From positions 1-64,000 of the forward strand of contig JBDKUN010000042.1 in assembly GCA_039679675.1 (NCBI GenBank): a stretch of 64,000 nucleotides of DNA. Direction: 5' to 3'. The notes under the pieces were generated by a model. The model saw only the letters and a list, made by a program, of their open reading frames with translations, ran no database searches and had not been told where the DNA came from. Shown in pieces: positions 49,203-59,237 of this stretch; within the stretch, counting starts at the first letter, position 1, and every line of letters starts with the position of its first letter. The DNA comes from Armatimonadota bacterium. Lineage in GTDB: Bacteria; Armatimonadota; UBA5829; DTLH01. A program made the translations under genes and the position numbers.

Positions 49203-50465
49203 TCAACCAATATTTGAGGCAACCACTGAAGAATCCAGGCTTAAATATCTCTCAAGAGAAGGAACAAGCCTGAAAAACCCACGTACACCCAATATAGTTA
49301 TATAAGGAACAAATGGTACTGCATAGCGAACCAATCCTATCGTTATCATATGGACAAGAGTAAAGTTAACCAATACTGCGATAAGAATCCACATACCCAA
49401 GCGGTCTTTTATACTCTTGAGCGAGAAGATTGAAAGAATAATCAGAATCAGATGAGTAAACATGATGGCAATGCTCGATTTCGAGGGAGTTTTGCCATAT
49501 CCAACATTTAGCCAGAATTGCGTAAACTTTCTGAAACTAAGGCAAATCCAGTGAACAGGGTTCGTTTTGATATTCTTGATAGCTTCCTTCTGGTAGAAGG
49601 TATTCTGTTCAATCTCATTTGGATGAGCATATAGATATTTGAGAATATGCTTCGGTAGTGTTTTAGGAGCAATGCCGTATTCGCCATATGTTCCTGACCA
49701 CATTACGTATCCAGCCTCTGTTGCTCCAGGTACAAACGCATTAAAAACAATATAATTGCGAACCACCCATGGGCTTAGCGTAAAGAGAAATACAACCAGA
49801 AACAAGGAAAGCCCGGCAATCAATTTCCGTGTTTTGACTGACATCATCAGGATCAGCACTACCATAAAGAATGGGAGTGGCAGTGCGGATCCTCTGCATA
49901 AAGTCGTGACTCCCGCCATAACTCCGGCTACCACAAAGCATGCAGTGCTTTTTCGCCGAATAGCAACTAAAACAAAGTAAATCGTCGCAGCCATCAGCAG
50001 TGTAAACAGTATTTCTGTATGTACCAGGCTCGCCCATTGAACAAGAGGGATGTACGCAGCAACTATAAGTGCAGCCACCGCTGAAACTATTCTTGAAGCC
50101 GTAAGTAACACACCAATCCGATATATCAGGTAAGTAGTCAAGACTGCCAATAGTATCTGCAGAATGTAAACCGCCTGCGGGTTATGGCCGAACACGGTAT
50201 ATACCAATGCTACGAATACAGGATACGTGGGACCAACAAACGCAGTAAGTTTGCCTTCGTTGTTTGTCATTGACCAGCCATTGGTGGACATACGATAGCC
50301 TATACCATCGTAGGTCTTCTCATCCCAGATAAAGGAATGATGTCCCGCGTGAATAAACCACATCAGACGAAAGATTAGTGTTAAAACCAGCGCGGCAATC
50401 AGTATCCGCATCGCCGCACGATCTGACCGTGTAATTCGAACGATATAGTTCTGAACATTACTCAT
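49203..50465 (-). CDS. GT-C fold membrane glycosyltransferase (GT39/ArnT-like)
   Basis: WDE motif in the first loop, PTYP, TE, PWVVRN, RY-VP; about 11 TM helices. Confidence 0.85.
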   Translation of the reverse strand: MSNVQNYIVRITRSDRAAMRILIAALVLTLIFRLMWFIHAGHHSFIWDEKTYDGIGYRMSTNGWSMTNNEGKLTAFVGPTYPVFVALVYTVFGHNPQAVYILQILLAVLTTYLIYRIGVLLTASRIVSAVAALIVAAYIPLVQWASLVHTEILFTLLMAATIYFVLVAIRRKSTACFVVAGVMAGVTTLCRGSALPLPFFMVVLILMMSVKTRKLIAGLSLFLVVFLFTLSPWVVRNYIVFNAFVPGATEAGYVMWSGTYGEYGIAPKTLPKHILKYLYAHPNEIEQNTFYQKEAIKNIKTNPVHWICLSFRKFTQFWLNVGYGKTPSKSSIAIMFTHLILIILSIFSLKSIKDRLGMWILIAVLVNFTLVHMITIGLVRYAVPFVPYITILGVRGFFRLVPSLERYLSLDSSVVASNIG

Positions 50466-50862
50466 TACTATTTACTCCTGCGTAGCACATATCGGCATTT
50501 TAATATAGTCTTTGATTTCTCCGGCTATTCCTACTGGCTTATGTTTCTTTTTATTCATCTTTATTTGTTATAAGCCGCTATAACCTGCATCACTACATTG
50601 ATTTACACAATATTAGTAATTGGTTGCTTCTGCCGGAATATTTAGCGATCACTACTAAAGTTATTACTGTCTAGTGCTTGGCATTTCCTCCTATTTGACG
50701 TTTTCATGTCACCCCAGTGTCTGATCATGGCCCAGCTAATCAATATCTCAGTATTCCCTTGCGTATATGCGATTCAGGGTGTAAACTCAACAGGGAATAT
50801 TAGGATGTGGCCTCACTTCAAAATCCTCTATCCTATTTCCTTAAACCTAGAGGAGGATATGT

Positions 50863-53592
50863 ATGGCAATCTTTAAGCGAACAGCGCTTGTAGCCCTCAT
50901 TCTTTTGACAGCTGCAGGAGCATTCGCAGCAGACAACCAGGTTTCGGAGACTGTACTGCCTAATGGGCTCAAGGTGCTGATAAAGGAAGTTCATGCAGCG
51001 CCTGTATTTACGTGCCAGGTATGGTACAGAGTCGGATCAAGAAACGAGCACCCCGGCATTACCGGCATTTCCCACATGGTCGAACATATGATGTTCAAGG
51101 GGACCAAAAATATCGGCAAAGGCCAGTATTTCCGAATGATCAGAGCCAAGGGCGGGATGAACAACGCATCTACCTGGCTAGATTGGACTAATTACTGGGA
51201 AGTCCTTTCGACCGATCATCTGGAAATGGCTTTAGGCATGGAATCGGACAGGATGCAAAACGCACTGATGGACAAAAAGGAGTTTAATTCGGAGCGCGTT
51301 GTAATTCTGTCTGAGATGGAAGGCAAGGAAAATGAGGTCAATACCCTCCTTTATTATAATATGATGGCTGTAGCCTATCAGTCGCATTCGTACAGATGGC
51401 CGACAATAGGTTATGACTGTGATCTAAAGAACATCACACGCGATCAGCTGTATAAATATTACAAGACTTATTATCATCCGAACAACGCCGTCCTGGTAAT
51501 CGTCGGCGATGTAGATACAAACAAGACGATGGAGCTTGTCCGCAAGTATTTCGGCAAAATTCCGCGAGGGCCGGAGCCTCCCAAGGTTTATACAACAGAA
51601 AAACCTCAACTTGGAGAGAGACGATTCGTCCTCAGGCGTGAAGGCCCTTCCGAAATTTCAATGATTGCCTATCATATGCCAAATATTAACGACCCAGACA
51701 TTTTCCCGCTGTTGATCCTTGGCCAGATCCTGGACGGAGGAGGAAGCAGCAGACTCCACCAGTCGATGGTAGAAAGCCAGCTTGCGACATCGGCTTCAGC
51801 CAGTGCCGGGCTCAGAAAAGACCCCGGACTTTTCATGCTTTCTGCGACCGGACAGCAGAATGTCACAGCAGGCAGGCTTGAAAAAGCGCTGCTGGATGAG
51901 GTCGAAAAAGCCAAGACCACCCTGCCCACAAATGAAGAGCTTACACGAGCTAAAAACCAGTTTGAGGCTTATCTCATTTACCAGAACGACAGCGTGTCCG
52001 ATCAGGGTGAGAACCTCGGATATTACGAGTGTGAGACATCCTGGAAATTCATGGATGAGCTTCATCCAAAGATCGAAGCTGTTACAGCCGAAGACGTACA
52101 GAGAGTCGCCAGGAAATATCTGACGGAAAACAACCGCACTGTTGGATGGTTCGTTCCAACAGCGCCCGGTGGATCTGCGAGCGGGCAGCAGGCTGCGGTA
52201 CTTAATGTCGAAGGCAAATATCCCGGAACTGCCAATTATCAACCGGCAAAGTGTGACCTGTCAAAAGCCACTGTGCATAAAAGCGCAGCAGTGAAATCCG
52301 TAACACCCACGCACCCGTCGAAGTCAGTAATGCCCACGCGAGTGGTCCTAAAAAACGGTATAGTCGTAATCGTGCAAGAGAACCACAGCAATCCGACGGT
52401 TGCGATCAGAGGAAGCATCAAAGCCGGCAATTGCATGAACCCGCCTGGCAAAGAAAAAGTTGCCTGCATAACCGCTGCTTCATTGACTAGAGGCACAAAT
52501 AAGCGGAGTAAGCTTGATATATCCACTGAATTGGATAACCTCGCTGCAAATGCCGGATTTTCCAGTGACTTGGAAGCAGTCTGGATTTCGGGAGATTGCC
52601 TTTCGAAGGATTTTAGCCAGGTAGTAGATTTGCTCTCTGATGAACTGAGAAACCCGTCATTTCCGCAGGAACAATTGGATAAAATCAAATCCGAGTTGAT
52701 AGTGGATTTTGACAAGCAGGCTCAGGATCCGGGCAACATGTCATATCGCAATTTCTTTAGGAGCGTCTACCCGGAAGGACACCCTGCCCGCATTCCGACC
52801 ATCGAGGAAGACAAGAAATCGGTTATGTCGACAACACGTGACGACCTTGTCTCCTTCTATAAAGCACACTATGGCCCTGAAACAACCGTAATCGTCATAG
52901 TCGGTGATATAAAGACAGATGAGGCTGTAGCAGCTATAAAGAAGTGTTTCGGTGATTGGCAGCCAAACGGCACAGATGGAAATGTCAAATTACCAGACCT
53001 GCCTCTCGCAAAAAGCAGATCGAAAACCATATGTGAGCTTATGGATAAGTCTCAAGTAAATGTTTATTTCGGCCATGCCGGAAATCTCAAACGGAGCGAC
53101 CCTGATTTCTATGCCACAACCGTGATGAACAACATCCTCGGCGCAGGCATGAACGGAAGACTCTCCCAAAAGGTTCGCGACGAAATGGGACTTGTATACT
53201 CTATCTACAGCCTGTTTGATGTCGGATTGAACGATGGCACATTTTTCGGCGGGTTCGGGACCAATCCCAAAAACGTTGACAAAGCACTTACTGCCATGGA
53301 CGAAGTAATACGAAATTACATTAAAAACGGCCCAACCCAGCAGGAATTCAAGGATTCCATAGAGTGTACCGTTGGGTCTTTCCCTCTGCGGCTGGAAACA
53401 AACGACGGCGTTGCAGGTATTTTGAACGCAGCTGAGTTTTACGGCCTTGGTATGGACTATATTCAGAAATATCCGTCCTACTACCGGACGGTAACAATCG
53501 ATCAGGTCCGTCAGGCCGCAAAGAAGCACCTGCATCCCGACAGCATGAGCGTATCAATAGCCGGACCGTATAAGGAGAACAACCAAAAGTAG
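50863..53592 (+). CDS. Exported M16 (pitrilysin-family) zinc metallopeptidase
   Basis: Signal peptide, HMVEH (HxxEH) inverzincin motif, and a second half with R-Y motif (VRDEMGLVY). Confidence 0.93.
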   Translation: MAIFKRTALVALILLTAAGAFAADNQVSETVLPNGLKVLIKEVHAAPVFTCQVWYRVGSRNEHPGITGISHMVEHMMFKGTKNIGKGQYFRMIRAKGGMNNASTWLDWTNYWEVLSTDHLEMALGMESDRMQNALMDKKEFNSERVVILSEMEGKENEVNTLLYYNMMAVAYQSHSYRWPTIGYDCDLKNITRDQLYKYYKTYYHPNNAVLVIVGDVDTNKTMELVRKYFGKIPRGPEPPKVYTTEKPQLGERRFVLRREGPSEISMIAYHMPNINDPDIFPLLILGQILDGGGSSRLHQSMVESQLATSASASAGLRKDPGLFMLSATGQQNVTAGRLEKALLDEVEKAKTTLPTNEELTRAKNQFEAYLIYQNDSVSDQGENLGYYECETSWKFMDELHPKIEAVTAEDVQRVARKYLTENNRTVGWFVPTAPGGSASGQQAAVLNVEGKYPGTANYQPAKCDLSKATVHKSAAVKSVTPTHPSKSVMPTRVVLKNGIVVIVQENHSNPTVAIRGSIKAGNCMNPPGKEKVACITAASLTRGTNKRSKLDISTELDNLAANAGFSSDLEAVWISGDCLSKDFSQVVDLLSDELRNPSFPQEQLDKIKSELIVDFDKQAQDPGNMSYRNFFRSVYPEGHPARIPTIEEDKKSVMSTTRDDLVSFYKAHYGPETTVIVIVGDIKTDEAVAAIKKCFGDWQPNGTDGNVKLPDLPLAKSRSKTICELMDKSQVNVYFGHAGNLKRSDPDFYATTVMNNILGAGMNGRLSQKVRDEMGLVYSIYSLFDVGLNDGTFFGGFGTNPKNVDKALTAMDEVIRNYIKNGPTQQEFKDSIECTVGSFPLRLETNDGVAGILNAAEFYGLGMDYIQKYPSYYRTVTIDQVRQAAKKHLHPDSMSVSIAGPYKENNQK

Positions 53593-53628
53593 ATAATTCA
53601 GGTGATCTCCAGCTTTAGCAATAATTAC

Positions 53629-53660
53629 TATTCGGGAGGGATTGTAATCCCTCCCGAATA
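53629..53660. terminator. Bidirectional terminator hairpin
   Basis: TATTCGGGAGGGATT / AATCCCTCCCGAATA perfect inverted repeat between convergent genes. Confidence 0.8.
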
Positions 53661-53679
53661 AGTGTCAACTAAATCTTCT

Positions 53680-53961
53680 CTACCTGTAATCCTCTAACTC
53701 ATCCTCTATCGTCGTACCTTCTTCTTTTTCGTCGATGCGGACTTCAGTAAAGAACCGCCGCGCCCCTTTCTGCCGCACTGCGTTATGAGCACGCTTTACA
53801 GTGTCCATCACTTCATCGAGATCTCCCTCGACTGTCGTGCCCATCGCGTCTACTTCGTACTTTAAGCCTGATTTTTTGACTTCATCGACTGCTGCATCGA
53901 CATAAGGCTTCATTTCGCCTTCGACCAGCGGAGTAACTGTAAATTCTGCAACTACCGGCAT
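53680..53961 (-). CDS. MTH1187/YqgV family thiamine-binding protein
   Basis: 93 aa; SGLKYEV-AMGT-VEG and R-D motifs; AGAGGAGG RBS. Confidence 0.88.
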   Translation of the reverse strand: MPVVAEFTVTPLVEGEMKPYVDAAVDEVKKSGLKYEVDAMGTTVEGDLDEVMDTVKRAHNAVRQKGARRFFTEVRIDEKEEGTTIEDELEDYR

Positions 53962-54096
53962 TGATGGAACCCTCCTCTTTGATAATCACTGCAAAATCCC
54001 CAATCTGCTAAAGCAGTACCCCGCTGTTATCGGCTTTGAAACACCGGCAATCACCCCGCCTGCCCCGGTAGAAATGCTTGTTTTATTAAACTACAC

Positions 54097-54123
54097 TCAG
54101 AACTAGCTGAAATCTGCCGATAA
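54097..54123 (+). promoter_or_regulatory. sigma28 (FliA/SigD/WhiG)-like promoter of pil module 2
   Basis: TCAG-N15-GCCGATAA against consensus TAAA-N15-GCCGATAA. Confidence 0.6.
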
Positions 54124-54252
54124 TCTATAGAGAAAACAAGTGCCACTAACGGAATAATACGCTTGGTTGCTCGGCGCAGGATACAAGTATAACGCAATAT
54201 CCTCAGCCGTCAGCCTTGCAGGTTCGCATAGCCGAAGGGGGTTATCCAAGAC

Positions 54253-55377
54253 GTGCTATCACAATTATTTGGAAAAGACACGATTGTAGGTATCGACATT
54301 GGGAACAGCCACATTAAAGCCATTGAGCTTGAACCCATCGGAACAGGTTACCGGCTGGTAAATGCAGCGCTCCAAGTCACACCACTGGACTCATGCCGCG
54401 ATGGAGTAATCACCAACACACTTGATGTTGCTCAATCCATAAAAGCGCTTCTCCGTTCGGCGAATATACGCAGTACAGGTGCGGTCGCGGCAATTACAGG
54501 TTCACAAGTTATTGTCCGGCAGGTACAGCTTCCTAAGATGAGCGAAGCTAACCTGCGTAAATCCATCAAATTCGAGGCAGCCAAATATGTCTCGGCATCG
54601 ATGGATGACAGTATAGTCGAATTCGAGATACTCGGCGATGTGGAAGGGACCGACCAGATGAACGTCATGCTGGTCGCAGCACCTAAGGACCTCGTGGAAA
54701 GCCGCATAACTGTCCTCGAAGCAGCGGGACTCGAACCTGTCGCCATCGATGTGGAAGCATTCGCAATCATCCGAGCCCTTGTTGAATCGGACACAAACAA
54801 TGAGCTGGCGACAAAGACGGCCGCGCTCATAGATATGGGTGCAAGCCATACAGATGTAAACATCGTGTCTAGTGGCACATTTGCTTTGACCAGAAGCATC
54901 CCGATAGCAGGGGACAGCTTCACCAATGCAATTAAAACACTGACCGGATTCTCTTATGATGACGCCGAACGGCTCAAATTCGAGATGGCTATGCAGGACT
55001 CGATCGACAAGCTATCGGCACAGGAAGTCGAAAGCAAATGCTGGCGGGTAGTCCAGCCGCTTTTGGATGAACTCCTGAGGGAGATCCGAAGGTCTATTCA
55101 TTACTATCAATCCCAATTCCCTGAGGGAGCGGAACAGGCATCGGTTTCACAAATCGTGCTCACGGGCGGAACGGCAAGGATGCCCGGAATGGCTGCTTAT
55201 GTATCATCGAAACTGAACATTCCGGTGGAAGTAAGCGATGCGTTCTCCAAGGCATCCATATCTCTTGGGCGCTTTCCTCAGGAATTTGTCGATGATTACG
55301 GTCCGGTGCTTGTCGTAGGCACGGGGCTGGCTCTTAAAGAGGAAATGACGAGAGCAAAGCAGCGGATCGCTGCCTGA
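54253..55377 (+). CDS. pilM: Type IV pilus assembly protein PilM (copy 2, canonical length)
   Basis: VGIDIG, VMLVAA, IDVEAFA, DMGA, EIRRSIHYY, LTGGTA, GLALK. Confidence 0.93.
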   Translation: MLSQLFGKDTIVGIDIGNSHIKAIELEPIGTGYRLVNAALQVTPLDSCRDGVITNTLDVAQSIKALLRSANIRSTGAVAAITGSQVIVRQVQLPKMSEANLRKSIKFEAAKYVSASMDDSIVEFEILGDVEGTDQMNVMLVAAPKDLVESRITVLEAAGLEPVAIDVEAFAIIRALVESDTNNELATKTAALIDMGASHTDVNIVSSGTFALTRSIPIAGDSFTNAIKTLTGFSYDDAERLKFEMAMQDSIDKLSAQEVESKCWRVVQPLLDELLREIRRSIHYYQSQFPEGAEQASVSQIVLTGGTARMPGMAAYVSSKLNIPVEVSDAFSKASISLGRFPQEFVDDYGPVLVVGTGLALKEEMTRAKQRIAA

Positions 55378-55396
55378 GTGGAAAGGAGCTCAAGAC

Positions 55397-55990
55397 ATGC
55401 CCTCCATTAACATGATCGCACCCAGGCGAGCGGAGAAAAAACGTCTGGAATCAAACGTGAGAAAGCTGCTGCTGGTAATCGTTGTCGAGGCCGCAGTGGT
55501 AGTATCGATTTTCACACTCATGGCCACGAGAGTTATTGGAACCCAGTCCAGTATCACTAATCTGGACAGGCAGTTAACAAAGCTGCAGCCGACGGTGGAC
55601 AAGATCGAAGGTTATGAAAAATCAACCAAAGAACTTGCTCCCAAGCTGGAAATTCTTAACCAGGCAAAGTCGGACACCCTGAGGTGGTGCCGCGTACTTA
55701 ACGCCTTGAGCGTGAGTCTGCCGGACAAAACATGGTTGACAAGAATATCGACAACAATCACGACTGACAATTCTGACATCACTATGAGCATAAACGGAGT
55801 TTCAGCGGATCAATCGCTCGTAGGACAAACGATGCTCAGGCTGCATGATACCGTTGCTGATTTCAGCAGTGTCGATCTCCATTACACACAGCAAACACTG
55901 GTGGGGCCGACAAATGCAGTGGAATTCGAGATGGCTGCAGGCATTAAGCTTCCCAAAAAGGCTGACAGTAAGGAGGCGGAAAAGAGTTGA
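55397..55990 (+). CDS. pilN: PilN-like protein (copy 2)
   Basis: INMI variant of INLLP, TM, coiled coil, LP-WLT-I motif. Confidence 0.85.
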   Translation: MPSINMIAPRRAEKKRLESNVRKLLLVIVVEAAVVVSIFTLMATRVIGTQSSITNLDRQLTKLQPTVDKIEGYEKSTKELAPKLEILNQAKSDTLRWCRVLNALSVSLPDKTWLTRISTTITTDNSDITMSINGVSADQSLVGQTMLRLHDTVADFSSVDLHYTQQTLVGPTNAVEFEMAAGIKLPKKADSKEAEKS

Positions 55991-56706
55991 AAACACCCAC
56001 CCTCAAGCCGACCACAAAAACGCTCGTATTGTTATCGGTGATAGCAGGACTGCTGTTCGCATCGATAATCCTTGCTTATACGGTTGGTTCCAGCCGACTC
56101 GGGTCTGCCACAGCACAGCTTCAGAACAAACAAAAGCAGGTTGATGACGGCACACGGGTAGCAAAACGCCTCGTAGAAGCACAGGAAGCGTATCTGAAAG
56201 CCCAGGGAGAGATTGGATTTCTTGAAACGTCCGTATCTAACTCTGCTTATATACCGACGCTTCTCGGACAATTGGAAGCACTCGGCAAATCGCATAATCT
56301 GAAGGTTGTCTCGGTGAGGCCCCAGCCTATTGCTGAACAAGCTCCTGCCAGACCACCAGCGGGTGACTCCGAAAACAAATCGGGTTCAGCGGCAGCGGCG
56401 ACTAAAGAAAAACCTAAGCCTTACGACGAGATGAAAATCGATATTCAACTGGAAGGCTCTTACTGGTGTATACACGACTTTATAGAGAGCCTTACCAAGT
56501 TCCCTAAAATCATAGCGGTCAATCAATTGCAAATGTCGCCAACGAAAGCAGCCGAACTGCGAAAATCACCTGAACTGCAGGCCAGTTTAGTAGTAACTGC
56601 ATTTATATTTAAAGACAGCACCGGTAAGGAAACTGGAAAACCTGAGCCTACGCATCCGGCGACGAATAACGCGATGGCGATGGGGAGGTCGAAAAATGAA
56701 GGATAA
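55987..56706 (+). CDS. pilO: PilO-like protein (copy 2)
   Basis: TM, coiled coil, IPTLL, GSY-F-L-FPKII motif. Confidence 0.85.
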   Translation: MKTPTLKPTTKTLVLLSVIAGLLFASIILAYTVGSSRLGSATAQLQNKQKQVDDGTRVAKRLVEAQEAYLKAQGEIGFLETSVSNSAYIPTLLGQLEALGKSHNLKVVSVRPQPIAEQAPARPPAGDSENKSGSAAAATKEKPKPYDEMKIDIQLEGSYWCIHDFIESLTKFPKIIAVNQLQMSPTKAAELRKSPELQASLVVTAFIFKDSTGKETGKPEPTHPATNNAMAMGRSKNEG

Positions 56707-57340
56707 GCAGACCCCGCAGGTCATCGTCCTGGGTATTTTAGTAGTTATATGCGTGGCATTCGTTGTCGTAAAAGTGACCGGCGGAAAAGGACACTCCAAG
56801 CCCGCCCCGGCAGGAACGCAGACAGCGCAAAAAACCGCATCTACGACCGGCAAAACAGATGATAACAGTGAAGAGGCTGCGCCGGCCATTCAGCTTGCAT
56901 CTTTGCCATCTGCAGCAAGACGCGACCCATTCGCGCCTGCAATGGATACAGTTGTAAAAAATGTCCCGTATATACCGCCAACAAAACATCCGGTCAAAAC
57001 GGCGCGGATAAATATTCATCCAGCTAATATTCCTGTTCTACCTATGCCGGTATTACCGGTTGGAGCAGGCCCGAGGAACACTGCACAGGCAGTACCCGCC
57101 AGCAGCGTCGGAAATGGACCTGCCGTGGAAGAATTTCCTGCTTTTGTTCTTACTGGAGTAATTACAGGACGGACGAACGTGGCCATCATCCGCCTCGAAG
57201 ATAGTAGATACATCGTCAAAGAGGGCCAACTGATCAATGGGAAGTATATGGTCGTTTCAGTGTCGCCGGATGGAGTCCGGCTGAATCATGGCGGCCGAAG
57301 TGTCTTCTTGAAACTAGGAGGAGAAGGGAATGCGAGTTAG
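56696..57340 (+). CDS. PilP-like protein (copy 2)
   Basis: TM, RDPF motif, C-terminal LTGVI-AII-VKEG-I beta domain. Confidence 0.7.
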   Translation: MKDKQTPQVIVLGILVVICVAFVVVKVTGGKGHSKPAPAGTQTAQKTASTTGKTDDNSEEAAPAIQLASLPSAARRDPFAPAMDTVVKNVPYIPPTKHPVKTARINIHPANIPVLPMPVLPVGAGPRNTAQAVPASSVGNGPAVEEFPAFVLTGVITGRTNVAIIRLEDSRYIVKEGQLINGKYMVVSVSPDGVRLNHGGRSVFLKLGGEGNAS

Positions 57341-58970
57341 ATTGAGCGGAAAGGTGTCCCTTGGACTGCTGTGGTGCGCACTCATTATCGCGGTTGCTGC
57401 ACCCACAGCTGCTGCGGATGCGCTGACCGCATTACGGAGCGAGAATGTCTGGATTCAGTCGGCCCCGATTCTGGCCGAACCACACTTAAATCAGATTGCT
57501 ATGGCTCCCAGCAGCACCGAGGCAAAAGTAAAACCTCTGGAGCCCAGAAATATCAGTCTGGATTTCCATGCAGCCGATATTACGGACGTCCTCAAGGCAC
57601 TTTCCGTGCAAAGTGGGACAAATATCGTTACCGGAACGGATGTCAAAGGACAGGTTACGGTAAGCCTGAACAAAGTATCGCTTCATGAAGCGCTTGATAT
57701 GGTCACCAAGCTGTCAGGCTTCAGATACGCTGCTGTCGGAAGAGATACTTACATCGTCGGATCGACTCCCGGAGTCTCCGGTGTGCTCGGAAGCGATGAG
57801 TCGGATACAACAACCGAAGCTGTTACTATAAACTATGCCAATCCTGATCAGATAGGACAGCTTCTTGCTGCCAACATGCCGAACCTTAAGTACGTGCCGA
57901 CCGGCGCAAAGGCAGACCAGCCCGGACCCAAGGTAGTTATGCTTACAGGGCCCAAGTCCGTCGTGGAATCCGCCAAAGCAATGATAGACCAGGTGGAGCT
58001 TTCACTCAGCCAGGAATCACAGAACAAGGTTGTCGAAGTATACAGGCTGAAATACGCGAATGCGAAGGATGTTACCGCAATGCTTTCGACCGTCCTCCCA
58101 AGGTTGGCCGTCAGTGTAGGCCCGGCTAATGGGTTCGACCAAAGGCCCCCGTCCGGTATAACATTCGTGGAGACAACCGGCGGCAAAGGCGGCAGTGATG
58201 ATTCTCAAATCAAAGAAGAACCTATGACAATAGTACTCGCGGGCAACGCCGAAGACGTATACAAAGCAAAAGAACTGATAGGCAAGGTAGATGTGAAACC
58301 TCGCCAGGTGCTTATCGAAATCAAAGTTACCGATATTACAGTCAGCGCCGAAAAACGGCTTGGTATCACCTGGAGTTGGGACAGTATTTCATTCAGCGAA
58401 GGCACTGATACAGACGGTGGCGGAAACAACAAGTGGAACAGGACTCCAATGAATGTTGAAGGCCAACTCAGCGCTATGCTTGAAGATGATAATGCAAATC
58501 TCCTGGCCAACCCGACCGTAGCCGCTATCGAAGGTAAACCTGCAGTTATCTTCATAGGCGATGAAGTCAAGTACATAATCAAAACAGAGCAGACTCTAAC
58601 CGGCTCAGACATCACTACAGAGACAGCAAATGTCGGAGTTACACTCAGAGTAATCGCCAGACCGGATGATGACGGTTATATCACAATGGCACTCCATCCT
58701 GAGGTAAGCACTATCACAGGCTGGCTGTCAGTCGGAACCGGTTCTGTACCACAAATATCCCGGCGTTACACCGATCATGTGATCAGAGTAAAAGACGGCG
58801 ATACTATCGTTATAGGCGGACTTATCAAAGATAATGAACTCAATAATCTCACAAAAGTCCCGCTGCTCGGCGACCTCCCGTTCTTCGGCAATCTGTTCAA
58901 ACACAGAGAAAAGACCAAAGAGCATTCGGATATCGCAATATTCCTGAAAGCCACGTTACTTAGTGACTAA
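57330..58970 (+). CDS. pilQ: Secretin (PilQ/GspD family, copy 2)
   Basis: ISLDF STN domain, two N-domains, DVKPRQVLIE, DGDTIVIGGLI, KVPLLGDLPFFGNLFK. Confidence 0.92.
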   Translation: MRVRLSGKVSLGLLWCALIIAVAAPTAAADALTALRSENVWIQSAPILAEPHLNQIAMAPSSTEAKVKPLEPRNISLDFHAADITDVLKALSVQSGTNIVTGTDVKGQVTVSLNKVSLHEALDMVTKLSGFRYAAVGRDTYIVGSTPGVSGVLGSDESDTTTEAVTINYANPDQIGQLLAANMPNLKYVPTGAKADQPGPKVVMLTGPKSVVESAKAMIDQVELSLSQESQNKVVEVYRLKYANAKDVTAMLSTVLPRLAVSVGPANGFDQRPPSGITFVETTGGKGGSDDSQIKEEPMTIVLAGNAEDVYKAKELIGKVDVKPRQVLIEIKVTDITVSAEKRLGITWSWDSISFSEGTDTDGGGNNKWNRTPMNVEGQLSAMLEDDNANLLANPTVAAIEGKPAVIFIGDEVKYIIKTEQTLTGSDITTETANVGVTLRVIARPDDDGYITMALHPEVSTITGWLSVGTGSVPQISRRYTDHVIRVKDGDTIVIGGLIKDNELNNLTKVPLLGDLPFFGNLFKHREKTKEHSDIAIFLKATLLSD

Positions 58971-58987
58971 TAATCATAGATGACGAC

Positions 58988-59021
58988 AAGGATGGCTGGG
59001 CCATACGGCCCGGCCATCCTT
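58988..59021. terminator. Strong hairpin after secretin 2 (probable terminator or processing site)
   Basis: AAGGATGGCTGGGCC-ATAC-GGCCCGGCCATCCTT 15-bp stem. Confidence 0.65.
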
Positions 59022-59064
59022 AAAAATGAGTAAAAATAGGCCGGTTAACTTCCAACTCTGGCCT

Positions 59065-59091
59065 GCAATCGAGAGCCATAATAGCCGATAA
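59065..59091 (+). promoter_or_regulatory. sigma28-like promoter of pilB-pilT-pilC
   Basis: GCAA-N15-GCCGATAA; same -10 element and spacing as 54097-54123. Confidence 0.55.
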
Positions 59092-59237
59092 AATAGAAGG
59101 AGCACTGTTAAGGCGAACCACTTTGCAGAAAAGTTGAATACAGCGGCTCCGCTCCGCATACTTACGGAAAACGTGAGTAATGCTCAACAATAAAAATCAG
59201 AGAGTCCCGCAAATGGCACTCTCGCGGCAGGACCAGA

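Noticed and set aside
54124..59237. c-di-GMP-I/II riboswitches in the pil leaders
   Set aside because: The characteristic consensus motifs were not recognisable.
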